Positions 25,732 to 38,535 of a stretch of 64,000 bases of DNA are shown piece after piece. This DNA is from Entomortierella parvispora E1425 (lineage: Eukaryota > Fungi > Mortierellomycota), in contig BQFW01000015.1 in the NCBI GenBank assembly GCA_020891255.1, positions 124,001-188,000 of the forward strand, written 5' to 3'. Under the pieces are notes generated by a model, which did not search any database, had not been told where the DNA came from, and worked only from the letters and a program-made list of their open reading frames with translations. Position 1 is the stretch's first letter. Each line of letters starts with the position of its first letter. A program made the position numbers and the translations under genes.

Positions 25732-27382
25732 GGTGATGGTATGAGTATGAGAGTGAGAGTGGGGAGAGAGGAGAGAAGATGAAGAGAAAAAAGAAAGAAA
25801 AAAAGGAAATCGGCCCGACTCGATTGGATTTATTTATCTCTTTTTTTTCCCTCGTGCAGGGCGGAGTGGCCTGGCATTGGGAGAGAGCGCTCTCGCCCCC
25901 TGCTGTTTGCTTCTCCCCCACCACCACCCACCCACCCATCATCATCATCTCCCACGGATGTGATCATGGTCGTCGGGCCGGCGCGGTAGCTTTTGTTCTT
26001 CCTTGGATCCTTTTTCTATTTTATTTATTATTTTTTACTTTGGCCCTTTCTTTCTTTGCATGGTCGGTCTTGCTTTGCATGTGCGCTGATCTTGTTGATT
26101 GTGACCTCACTCTGCCCTCCTCATTGATCGTCGTCGTCACGATGCTCGCTGTCCCTTTCTCCCCTTCTTCCCCTTCTTCCTCTTCCTGTTTCTCTCCATC
26201 CGACAAACACCCACATTCTCCTTGGTACTTTTTTCACCCTGGACAGCAGGATCTGTCTGTGTTATCACCGTCTCCTTTTGAACCATAGATCGGACATTTT
26301 CCTGGGACATTTCAAATGAGGCCGGCGCCACTTTAGGCTGGATCGATCAACTGCTCAAGGATTCTGGACAGGACCAGACCTCAACTGGATATAGCAGGAT
26401 GATTCTTGCGACCCCGGTGCCTGATCGCAGTGCTGTAGCTGTACCCTGGATCAATCATCCTACCACTTTCAGGATGCGACGTTTTCTCTGTTCACTGATC
26501 TCTGAATCTCTCATTCCTTCATTTCATTTCATTTCATTTGCATGCATGGACCTTGGTCACGTCTCGATTCATGAATCAACATAGACCAAAGAGTCTGCAA
26601 TAAACAGAAGGACATGTCTTTTCATTCAGATCCATCTCGTCTCATCCCCATGAAAAGGGATCGCATTTCACACGTTCATGCACGCTAGCCAGTAACCGAT
26701 CGCAAACGAAGAAACTTTGTCCTCACTTTACCCCGCGCTCACAGCCGTGCCCAGCTTCCTCTTTTGGCCTCCCGACTGAACCTTGTGAAAGCACACTTGT
26801 TTACTCAACAAGTTGAATTTTTTCTTTTTCCTGCAATCAAAATCAATTGTGTAATCTCTGTATGCGCAATAGAATGATGAATGAACGCACGCAAAAGCGA
26901 ACAGACCGACACCACATCAACAATCGTCGTCACCGACCGACACGGCCGTCGAACCTTGTCCTCGCACATGCTCGCCCATTTCTCCCTGGGCCGTTGTTGA
27001 TTATCACGCGTGTGGCTCTCACATCTTTCGCAGGTGCTGTCTTTCTCTCTGTCGTTGCTGCATACATAGAAAGATGAGATCTGTCATCACTTAGTGCAAC
27101 GAACCACCCATTGGACAACGGACTTTTTCTCTACTCTACCTTGGCACATGCCACAGTGGGTGCCTTAAAACGCTCCACCGTTCTACTGGCTCTCCACACT
27201 CCAGATCGACGACATCTGGGGAACTCGAGCCATTACAGTGGAGGAAGCTGCTGCTGATATATCCCCAACCCTCACTCCTTGCGTATTTCTTTGCCTCTTT
27301 CCCGATCTCACTATCGAACCCAATTGCAATAACATATATCTGTCAGCAACCATCGTCTCGCTTTTTCCTTTCCAAAGGCAAA

Positions 27383-29876
27383 TTACGAACCCTCCAAGTC
27401 AACATCGCTTGAATCGCTTGGCAAGCTTCTCTTGTGCTGTACTCTCGCAGCTCTTTGTTCCACTGAGCTGGTCACCGGTCTGGCCACAGCATCCAGGGAC
27501 CGAGAACACCGAATCCAGTGCCTCAAAGTCGTCCCATGGTATTTCTGCTTGAGCCAAGACAGATCCTTTTGAATCCAATCCGAGCTCAGCGCGTCTTTGA
27601 CGGTCCATCTCAAATCCGGATCTACTTGAAGTAGACCTCGGATCAGCTCCTTCACTTGCAGACTGGTATTCTTCCAGATCTGTGATCTAAAGTGCAAATT
27701 GCTGTCGATCGTTTTTTTTTTTTTTTTTTGTGAGCGGTTGATAAGCACGAACACTCTATCAAGGGCTCAATTGCTACATCGCCCATTCTTTGCCTACCCG
27801 GTGCGCGCCTTTTGATATATTGACAACTCGTCGTCATTGGCGTAGTTCATCGTGAATGGATGGCCGCCTGAGAGGATAACATAGAGAGTGATGCCCAAAC
27901 TCCAGCTGTCCGCCGTGGTGTCATACCCAGGACCATGGGCATGCTTCACGCCAAACACTTCTGGTGCCCTAAACAGACTCATCGTTTAGCCAAGCACACT
28001 GAAATGAACCTCATACGACTTTGAATCGATACTTACATATAGGCAAACGTCCCACACATTGTGTTCATGACGCCACTATCCCCAAGTTCCCGAGCCATCC
28101 CAAAATCTGACAAAAGCACTCGAGGGTACTTTGTGGCAGAGCTCAAAAGGAGATTTTCCGGCTTTAGGTCTACGGGAGACAAACAGACGTTCGTTCAGTA
28201 TGTCTTGGCATGCAGCCTTCCCACTGAGCATTCAACTAGAGCTTCCTGTTTTACCTCGGTGAGAGATGTCCAGATTATGAAGATGCTATAAGTGATGCGA
28301 CCATGGTTAGCCGCGGCTCTGCAGCGCAAGTGAGATCCTATTGCGAGAGTTGGCCTACTTGAAGGGCGAGAAGCGTCTGATAGATCATGAACTTGGCCTC
28401 CAACTCTGGAAGTGGTCCATGATTAAGAATGTAGTCAAAAAGGTCTCCTCCTAGCAGTCTAAGTGCCAAGAGTTTAGCACTTGCGAAGAACGAGAGTTGT
28501 ACAATCCGGCCGTCGTCAAGACTACTTACGCTTGCATGAAGATGTACATGTACTTTGATGTTTTGACAACGTCGACCACCGGTATGATGTTGGCCTGGTA
28601 ACCATTAAAAGACAGAAACCCCTATCAGTTGTCGGCCCTGACATCGTTGCATGGTCCAGGATGACCCAGATTCGAAAAACTCAAGCTTACGTGGTTGATA
28701 GATCGGAGAATACTGGCTTCACTGTCAATGTTGGTCCCGCCAGATTTTTCAGGGCAACTGAATCGAATGCGATCCATGATCTTCACTGCCAGTTGGACCT
28801 TAGTTCTTTTGTGGATGGCCAACTTTACCTTGGCAAAAGAACCCCTATTTTTTGGAATTGAGACTGTTTGGTGAGATTGCATGTGTGTTCTTGAACATGT
28901 CTAATTCTTTGTGTTCAAACCTCCTACCTTCCCAGGGTTCTCGGCAAAATTTGATATGTCTCTTCCACGGTCTACAGCCAAGGGCAAAGAAGTTAAAAGA
29001 CAGTATCTTCACACAAAGAGGTGAGAATAAACAAGATATGTACCTCAATCTCAGGATCCTTATGATCTGAAAGAGGAGTCAACAGATCGTGGTAGACAAA
29101 CTCTAGAATCTTATGGTCGATCAGCTTCCTGGTGGACCCACTCTCCATTTCTTGTGTCTGGGATCCTCTTACGATAATTGCATCGAATTCGGATCGAGTC
29201 TCCATGGGACAACACCATAGAATCGCCTTTCCCGATCAGACGTCCATTCCAATAGGTGCCATTCGTGCTCAGATCCTGTTCTCCCCATAGCAGAATGTTA
29301 GCAGCAGTGGTAGTCGCAGAAGGGACAGGCTAAAACACCATTTACCTCGCACAGGACAAGGCCGGATGAACTCTAGATTGGGGCAAGTCATGTCAGCCTA
29401 TGTGCACAGTCAATATTTGGTCGCAACGACGGAGCCACCTACCGTGTAAAACCGACAATGGCGATTGGATATCACATCTTCAGACAGGACAAGATCACTA
29501 CTCGCGCCGATAAGATTCCCGTCAGTCTATTTTAACTAGCTGCATTTGGTGGCAAAGCACGGTCGAGGCCTTACCAACTCCCATGTCGACCCACAAACAT
29601 GGACTTGTCGCGGCGAATGATAAGGCAAGCTTTTTGTAGGACAAGGATGAAGTCAGGTCAGGTAATAAATTATCGTTACACAGTGCGCAAGGGGCGGTGC
29701 TCTGTCATCCAATCTAACAAGGGGCAATAGTCCATACTCTCGAAGGTGGCTCTGTTGACCAACCATCCACAGACTTCACCATCCTTGTCTGCATTCTTGA
29801 GGGAAGAGGCCTGATCGCTGGGGGAGTAAGGAGCAACGGGCGAGAGAGTCTGAGTAGGAAGTGTTTGCGACACCAT
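27383..29876 (-). CDS. FHA-domain Ser/Thr kinase, Mek1/Chk2 type
   Basis: Multi-exon. FHA motif DLSTNGTYWNGRLIGKG; GSFAKV; canonical LAVKIM; HRDLKPEN; YPRVLLSDFG (Mek1-like); CGTFAYMAPE. The 3' end is uncertain because the stop overlaps a possible GTAATT donor. Confidence 0.85.
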
Positions 29877-30200
29877 GATCCGGATGCTTTCCTGTGAGTG
29901 AGTGAATGGACAGAAGGAAAGGGCAAAGAAAGAAGAAAGCAGACGGCCCCAGAGAGGGGAAGTGCACAGCCATCAAAAGGCTATTTTGGCACCTGTGTGT
30001 GTCGACCCTCTCTGGGTGTGATCCCTCCCTCAGCCACAGCACAGCCCGGTGGCGAAGGCAAGGCGAAGCATCCGTGTCTTTCATCAAAAGCGAGGGTCGG
30101 TCTGCTTTTGCTCTTCATTCCTTCATCTCACTCACACACTCCACGTCTTCCCTCCACTTCTGCATCTGCCTCTGTCCTCTATTTCCCTACTGTCTCTGCA

Positions 30201-32796
30201 ATGTCCTCTCATCTATCTCAAAATGCTCATCCGGATGCGGGCTACACATTGGATTCGACTTCGTCAACCGCAAATTATACTTCGAACGGCTTCACCTCGC
30301 ACAGTCCGGTGCTGCCCGTTCTTTCGCCTTCTCAGATTCGTCAGTTAGGCCAACAGTGTATGCACGAACGAGTGCAACCGCAAGTGCCTCAACAGCAGCA
30401 ACAACAAATGCAACAAAGCCAACCAGAAGAGCTTCGACAACAACATAGACAACAGCAACATCATATGCAACAAAGCCAACTGCAAGACCCTCAGCAACAA
30501 AGCCAACCGCAACAGATGCAACAAGAACAACAAGGGCAACACCCGCCACGACCCATGACTCTAGAAGAAATCGCGATGGCAGAGTTTGATCGAGAGACAG
30601 AAGAGGCTGTGGCTGATCTTAGAAGGAAGAGATCCAAAGAGAGAGCCCACAAGAAGCTGAGCATGAGGATGGAGTACCTACATGACGCACAAGAACAGGC
30701 TCTGCAGGCCATGGCCGAGATGAATCCCACTGCAAAGGCATCGATTACTACTACCATCACCACAGTTTCGCCGTCAGCCCCTGACAGTACCTCCAGTAAA
30801 CTCACGGTCACCACCACTGCCACTACGACCATGGGATCCGTTCAGGTGTCCCAAACTGAGGTTTCTTCTTCCGTTGCCGATCCTGTCATGTTCGAGAACA
30901 ACACCAGCAGCCGGCGCCAAACTCCAGCAAGAAGAGCATCCATGCCGCCACTGCGAATCGATACACAGTCAACGTCACCCCCACGCACTGTTGTAGCTCC
31001 TTCATCTTTAGAGACATTGGTCGATACGCCTCATTTTGGCATGCTCTCCTCTGCCTTGTCCCCTGCTGCATTTCCGTTTTCTTCACCCGTCCCTGCACTG
31101 GATAAGAAAACTGGAATAGTATGCGAACGTGATGCGCTTCCTTCTGCTGGGGCCCGATCCTCGCTTTCGCCTAACTCTTATTATGAAAACCACTCTTCGA
31201 CAGCCATTGCCGTGGTATCCCCTACTTCTGCGCACTCCTCTGGGGCCAAGACAGTACACTCGCGTAAACGAAAAACCACAGACGTTGCTGCATACAAACT
31301 TGGCGACTGTCTCGGAAGGGGCGGCTCGGCCGAGGTCTACAAGTGCAAGAGCAATGAGGACCAAAAAGAATATGTAAGTATCGCCCTTTTCTGCATTAAT
31401 CACTGTGTAGTTATTAATAATATGTTCTCGATTACTCTTGGACTTTTAGGCCATACGAATCATCCCAATGAAAGCTGTTGGCGACAAGATTGCCGATGAA
31501 GTGGCTCTCATGAAGAAGCTTTGTCACCCAAACATCATCGAGTTTAAAGACTTTCTCCATTACAAGAACTTGGAGTGGTATATGAGTAAGACGCAATCGA
31601 CAAAAAGAGAACGCACTACAATTGACATTGGGTGACCACAGTGACTCAAAAACACCTCTACCTCCTCTACTCTATAGTTCTCGAACTTTGCAAAGGCGAA
31701 CTGATGAAACTCCAAGACAATGGCAAAACCGACAAGGTCTTCTGTGAAAGCGAATGTCGGGACTATTTCCATCAGCTACTCATGGGAATAGAATATCGTA
31801 AGTCGCACCTTGTCTGCTGCTATAAATGAAACACATTAAGAACTAACAGTCGACCATTGTAGTCCACGAACACAACATTATCCACAAGGATATAAAACCG
31901 GCAAACATCTTGATCACCCAAGACAACACTCTAAAAATTGTTGACTTTGGGATCTCTCAAAAGTTTTTAACCGGCGAGGATATGACAATTCAATCTCGTG
32001 GACCTGGGACAGTTGCGTTTATGGCACCCGAACTCTACAGACATGGTGAAACTGAAGGAAGACCGACAGACATTTGGGCGATGGGTGTGACTCTCTTCCT
32101 GATGTGGAATGGGGAGATACCGTTTCACATCGTAGGGGCTACAAGGACTCCGAATTTTGAGGACCCCCCAAGATTCAAGGCTGGCACACCAGAACCGTTA
32201 AGAGCGTTGCTGAACAAGCTACTCGAAAAGAATCCGACCAAACGAATCACCATGGATGGGCTGAGGGTTGGTGCTACCTCCCGTCTGTACACACTTCCAC
32301 AAGCGACACACTGACTCGATTTTATCTTTTTATCTCTGTAGGATGATTTATGGGTGACAGACAGCGGCAGGAAACCGTTAGCCAGGTCAAAAGAAAGCAA
32401 TGTAGGCCGCAACATCGTGGTTACGGAAGCGGATAGGAGAATGGCATTCAAGAGCATCGGGGTGCTGTTTATCGTGGTAAGTAAACTCTTGGCTGTGAAC
32501 ATGCATGCAAGAACCTGGCTGATACCGACTCTACCGTTCTTTAGGCGGAGGCAGCTCGCAGGTTCAAAACCTCCCTGACAAGAGCTGAAGGAAAGGCAGT
32601 AGCCCACTGTCTGGCTAGAACTTCTCTCGACGCGACATCTGATGTTGAATGCAACGACGTGCTTTTTGATGCGGATAGGAATACGGACGCTGCATGCGAG
32701 GGTAGAGAAAATACGGGTATCGTCAAATCTGTGCAAGAAACAGGGATGGATGGAGAAACAAGTGAGGACGGAGGCGAATTCTTCACTTGCCAGTAG
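30201..32796 (+). CDS. PK1: coiled-coil + CaMKK-like kinase-fold protein, beta3 K->R, HKD catalytic loop
   Basis: Six exons. LGRGGSAEVYKC, Y|AIRII (CGA at 31456), DEVALMKK, HKDIKPAN, DFG, FMAPE, tail DDLWVTDSGRKPLARSKE. Gln-rich N-terminus. No disablements seen. Confidence 0.88.
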
Positions 32797-33188
32797 TAGC
32801 TACAGCTGAGGTGTGATATATTCCCAGACGTTTTATCATCCACTCGCCATGCCACTATAGCAGCCCCAATGACAGCCGGCTCCTGTCATGGACTCATTTA
32901 TAGCTAGATCTCCATATTGAAATAAGAATCAATTAATAACAACAATGTTCGCAGAGTACAAGCTTGCCTTCACCTCTTTGTACGCCTCTTTGCCAGCTTT
33001 GCCAGATCTTCTTTTCCACCGCTCCCTTGCCCCTTTGACCCTTTGCCTCGGCTCACAATGTCCCCTGGATTGCCCACAGCTTTGGTACAAATACAAAGAA
33101 CAGTTATTGTTCTCTGTCCTTCTCCTTCTCGCTCCGCCTCCTCTACCAAGACAACTCCCTACATCGATCTCTCAAACGCTATTGCACT

Positions 33189-34987
33189 ATGAAAGACCAT
33201 AATTCGCACTCAGACTACCAGTTCACGGACGACCCTAGGCTTCCTGTCCTCTCACCTTCGTCCATTGCTCAACAGATACGACACGATACTGACCCACTTC
33301 AGCGGAATCGTGAAACGCCAGTGTCCTCAATGAGTTCAGGCGAGATTTTCTTTGAGCAGTTCATGAAAGAAAGGCTCCAGCTACTACAAGAAGAGCTTGA
33401 AAAGTTTGACCGCCAAAGAGACGAACAAAGAAAGATGCTACTAGAGGAGTTTGATCGAGATACTCTGGAGAAACGCAACGCAGAGAAGGAAAGACTACAG
33501 GGCAAAAGGCAGACCATTGAAGACGAGCTGGCATCGTACAAGACTTACCTACAGACCATGGCACTCAACCAGAGGGACACCCCCGCTGCAGCTGCCTTGG
33601 CTGTCCCTGTGTCGAGCAAAGCTGCAATGAGCGGTAGCTACCAAAACGCGCTGGCCTCCCCAAAGTCACCACCACCGCTGCCACCCAAGCCTTCATCACT
33701 GGCGAGACCGAGTCCGCACGCTGTCTCCACGGCATCTACCTCGGCTCGTCGACATATAAACTTGTCTGCCTCTTCAGCAGACCACCATGAGGAGGACAGT
33801 GCTGAGCCACAAGAGATGGGTACCCAACCTAGCTTTGACTCCAAAGGCTCCCACTCTTTTTCGTCTCTTGACTCAAAACCGGAGCCTGAAATTAGAATGG
33901 TGAATATCAAAACGGTGAACAGAGTGGGCGACTATATGTACTCTACACACGACTACCTCGGAGTCGGTGGCTCTGCTAAGGTCTACAAGGCTCGAAACAT
34001 CACTGATGGGAGAGATTACGTGAGTATCCTTTAGCCAGCTTTCGCTATAGATCGTTTGTCATCCCTCATTGGTGCCCTCCACTAACTGATATGGATACAG
34101 GCCATTCGAGAAATCATGATTGCCTCTCACAGCGACCACGACACGGAATCTATGAAAGAAGAAGTGGCCATGATGAAGAAGCTTGACCATCCAAACATCA
34201 TCAAAGTTTATGAAGTCATGAGCTGCTCGTTCCCCCCGTGCTGGTATATGGGTAAGAGTGCTCTCTAGAATACCTACAGATATAAACCAAGTGACTAACA
34301 GCACCAATTGCTCCTAGTGCTCGAGCTTTGCCAGGGTGAGGTAGTCAAACTCGATCAAGATGGGAAGACTTTAGAATCCTTTGATGAAAACAAGTGTAGA
34401 GGGTACTTTCATCAACTGCTCTTGGGAATAGAGTACCGTACGTTACATTGCTATTCAACACAAAAAAAAAACAAAGGGTGAGAGAGAACCTGAGACTAAC
34501 AGGTCAAAAGAAATCAATAACTTGAAAAATTAGTCCACGAACATGGCGTTGCGCACAGAGATATTAAGCCTGGCAACATCCTGATCAGCCATGACGGTAA
34601 ACTCAAGATTGCAGACTTTGGAATCTCTCAAAGGTTTGCAACTGGTGAGACCCTGACCATTATTAACAACAGGCACGGCACTGCCGGATTCATGGCACCT
34701 GAAACGAACCAGGAAGTATACAGCGGAAGACGGGCCGACATTTGGTCGATGGGTGTGACCCTCTTCCTGATGTGGAATGGCCAGATCCCCTTCTCGGTTT
34801 CCAAGAGAGGACGCCCCTTGAGCCTTGCATCTCATGTGGAGTTTAAGGCTGGTACACCTGAACCTTTGAAAGCACTCCTAAACAGGATGCTCGAGGTGGA
34901 TCCAAATCAACGAGTCACCATGGATCAATTGAGAGTAAGTCATGTCTCCCTGTCTGTCAAAAGCCCCTGCCTCACAGTGGTTTGATC

Positions 34988-35022
<35 letters not shown>

Positions 35023-35401
35023 CTCTTGTAGCAGGATCCCTGGGTCACTGACAATGGAAGGATGCAACTAGCCAAATCCAAGGAAGACAATGTTGGCGGC
35101 CGCATTGAGGTCACTGACGACGACAGAGCAAGGTCCCTTAACACAATGGCAGTTGTGGTAAGTCAATTTCACCCTTCTCAGGCGTCCGTTTTGAGACGAC
35201 CCTCACGCAGTGACTCTGCTTTTTTAGGCGAAGGCGGCTTCCATTTTCGGACGAACTTTGTCAAGAAGCAGAAATAGGGTGGCATCGCCCACGGCTGCTG
35301 GTTCGAGCTCTGGAGGTGAGGTGGATATAGAAGCCGCAAGCGGACGTGGAGAACAGTTTATTACTTGCTTGAGCGAGGTGGACCATGCCACAGACATCTG
35401 A
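33189..35401 (+). CDS. PK2: coiled-coil + CaMKK-like kinase-fold protein, beta3 K->R
   Basis: Six exons at the same positions as PK1. LGVGGSAKVYKA, Y|AIREI (CGA at 34107), EEVAMMKK, HRDIKPGN, DFG, FMAPE, QDPWVTDNG tail. Confidence 0.88.
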
Positions 35402-35826
35402 GTTCTCCACAGCCCAAACAAGTACGTATCAAAATGAACCCGTTCCGTTGGACAACCACAAAGCAACCGCAAAGCAATAAAAAAGATTATTAAAGCTGCA
35501 GCGTGACCGATGTAGGCAAAGTCGAAGAGTAATTGTCGCTTCGCCTTGCCTTGCCTTTGCCAAACATGGCAGAGCTTTCTCTAAATTGCTTGATCCGCCC
35601 ACGTCATTGAAAAGGCCATTTCCCCCTCCACCTTTTCTTCTCTTTACACAATTATCTTACCTTGTAGCCTTCCCTGCCTCCATCCGTTGCTGGACCGACA
35701 TCTGCCTTGTTCACACCCGGCCGTTATTACAAGCCCTCCCCCCATACAGACATTCAACTGTGTGCAGCCTCTTACTCATCTGCTGCACTCACTCCGTTGT
35801 AAACGGACCTCGCCACTCACCATCCA

Positions 35827-38028
35827 ATGCAATTACAGAGCCCTCGAAACTCTGGTCAATCCAAGGACTGGATCGAAAAGATTGAAAAGTTTCAGGAGAT
35901 ATTCGAGAAGAGCCTGATCGACGAAAGACAAAAGGAACTCCAGAAGTACAGACAGCAAAGAATCATCGAACAACAGAAATTATTGGAGGAATTCCAGAGA
36001 AAGACCAAAGAGGGGGAAAGATCATTGTTGGACAAGCTCGATATCAAGGAGAAGGAAAGAAGGGCGGGATTCGAAGAGGCCAAAACACTCTTACTGCACG
36101 TGGACTTTCAGTACGAATCTGTTGAAGAGGCCGCCACCATCTCGTCCACCACAGTTCTGACGGAAACTGTCTGCGAAATTGGAGAAGACACTTTCGCGAC
36201 CGTAGCGGGCTCGTTACCGGCCTTAACGACTTCCAAGACGGCAAAGACGGGCAAATCACTGCCACCGGTGCCGCCCCCTAAACCCGCAGCACTAGCGTTA
36301 TCGACTCGACACTCTGTCGCGACTGGAAAAGCTACCAGGCTATCTCCCTCGTCTTCTTCCCCCTCTTCAGAGGATAAAGTGCGCAAGCCAGGTGTAGCCA
36401 CTGTTGGCTCAGCCCTTCATGTACTTCCGTCCGTATCCAAGATGATTGGGGTCAGTGCTATCTCGACCTCCGACGAAAAGTCCGATGTCAAGATGGTAAA
36501 TGGTGAATGGGTGAAAAAGATAGGGAGCTATATTTACTATAGTGAAAAGACCCTTGGAGAGGGAGGTGAGGCAAGGGTATTCAAGTGCCTAAACATGGCC
36601 GACGGTTGTGACTATGTAAGATCCGTGGAAATCATGCTTCTTTTACTACCCGGGTATGTTTATCCTTCTAACGATCACATTGGACAACACAGGCGATCAG
36701 AGAGATCCACATGAAAGTCGATAACCAAGCAGACAACAAGAAGATTACTGATGAAATAGCCCTGATGAAGAAGTTACACCACCCAAACGCCATCCAACTT
36801 CACGAGGTCATGTTCTGCCCCAAATCATCCACTTGGTATATGGGTAAGGCGCCGACCACGAGGCGGGTGAAGAGTTGGAATCAAACGTCGCGAGATGATA
36901 CCTATCCCCTGACATACGTGACCAATTGCTATTTCTATCCTAGTTCTAGAGCTTTGCAAGGGAGAATTAGTCAAACTTAGTCGGGACGGAAAGACTCAGA
37001 AGGATTTCAGCGAGAACCAGTGCCGAGATTACTTTCAGCAACTGCTCTTGGGGATGGAATACGGTAAGCTTCTCCCATCCCAGTGCAACCTATTGGCGAC
37101 TGAACCATACCTGAGACTAACTTTGCTATGTTTCCCTTTTTTTTTATATAGTCCACAAGCACAAGATTGCTCACAGGGATATCAAGCCCGGAAACCTGCT
37201 GATCAGCAAGGAAGGCAAATTGAAGATTGCAGACTTTGGTATCTCTCGTATGTTTGCCACAGATCAAGACATGTTATACAGGAGTGGCAAAGGAACTCGT
37301 GCCTTCATGGCGCCAGAAATCTTTAGAAACCACGACTGTGAACATGATGGAAAGCAGGTCGATATTTGGTCCATGGGCGTCACCCTCTTCTTGATGTGGA
37401 ATGGTGAGCTGCCGTTTATGATGGGATCTGCCTTGCATCCGAACTATGATTCCCCTGCAGGATTCAGGGATGGAACTCCTGAACCCTTGAAAGAGCTGTT
37501 GAACCAACTTCTCGAGAAAGATCCGACCAAACGAATAACTTTGGATCAGTTGAGGGTAAGGCTCATTGGGCTACCAGCACGATTTTCATAGACAATTCTT
37601 GACCTGATATTTTTTTTCTGCTCTCTACACTGCTCTTTAGAATAATCCTTGGGTGGTCGACAATGGAAGAAGACCATTGGCCAGATCCAAGGAAGATAAC
37701 GAAGGTGGCGATATTGTCGTTACGGATGAGGACAGAAGCATGGCTGTCGGTAGGATCCAGGCGATGGCTGGCGTGGTGAGTGAAGGTTTTTGTCCCCTTG
37801 CATGCACACAAGCACGCGTTTTAATTGCAGTTGTCAGCTGTCCTGACCACCACTCTGCCCATTGATATTTAGTTCAAAGCAGCCAGTTTGTTTATCGCTT
37901 CCTTGTCAAGAAACAAAGGGAGAACTGCGACTTGTACGTTGGAAGTTAAGAGCGAAGACGCCACGTCAGGAAAGGGGGTGGATCGGGGTTGCGAGAAGAA
38001 AGTTCTCGCCAGCCCTAGTCAGCTTTAA
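35827..38028 (+). CDS. PK3: coiled-coil + CaMKK-like kinase-fold protein, beta3 K->R
   Basis: Six exons. LGEGGEARVFKC, Y|AIREI (AGA at 36699), DEIALMKK, HRDIKPGN, DFG, FMAPE, NNPWVVDNG tail. Confidence 0.88.
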
Positions 38029-38535
38029 CTACGAAATTGAACCACTGAGCACCGTGAATCTCCTGGCCCTTCATTTGCTTTGGCTTTCATCGCGCTTCCT
38101 GACAAGGACACAGCCAAAGTCGCGCGTATTAACATGATGACACCATCATTTTTCTCGTATTTCAGCGTCTGCCTTTTGCTTTGCCTCTATCTCTTTGCCT
38201 TCAGATAGTGGTTTCCGTCTTTGTATTAAATGATGGTACAATGGTAGTGTCGTCTCGATTATGGCTTTGTTTACCCTGGAAGGTATTCTTGTTCAAAAAA
38301 AACAAACCAAAAAGTGTGCATCGGTCACTAGAAAACACATCCCTTGGTCATGACTCTTTGCCCATGGTGGACGTGCGCCCGAGTGTGTTTGCTTTGCCAG
38401 CCCCTGAAGTCGCTCGTCGGCTCCCTTCTTTTCTTGCAAGTTCCTAACCCCTCCTCTCTTTTCACTTCTAGCTGCCCAGTTTCCTCGTTTCACTCACGCG
38501 CACTGCTCCCCCACTCCCCTCCTCTACTCCCAAGA

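Noticed and set aside
26396-26461. 9-bp inverted repeat AGGATGATT/AATCATCCT with an inner stem
   Set aside because: A stem of this length is expected several times by chance in 64 kb, and there are no box motifs of a known RNA.
20489-35020. (CA)n at about 20489-20519, (GTT)n at about 25071-25097, and long T/A runs in introns (e.g. about 34989-35018)
   Set aside because: Ordinary microsatellites and homopolymers that occur throughout this genome's non-coding DNA.
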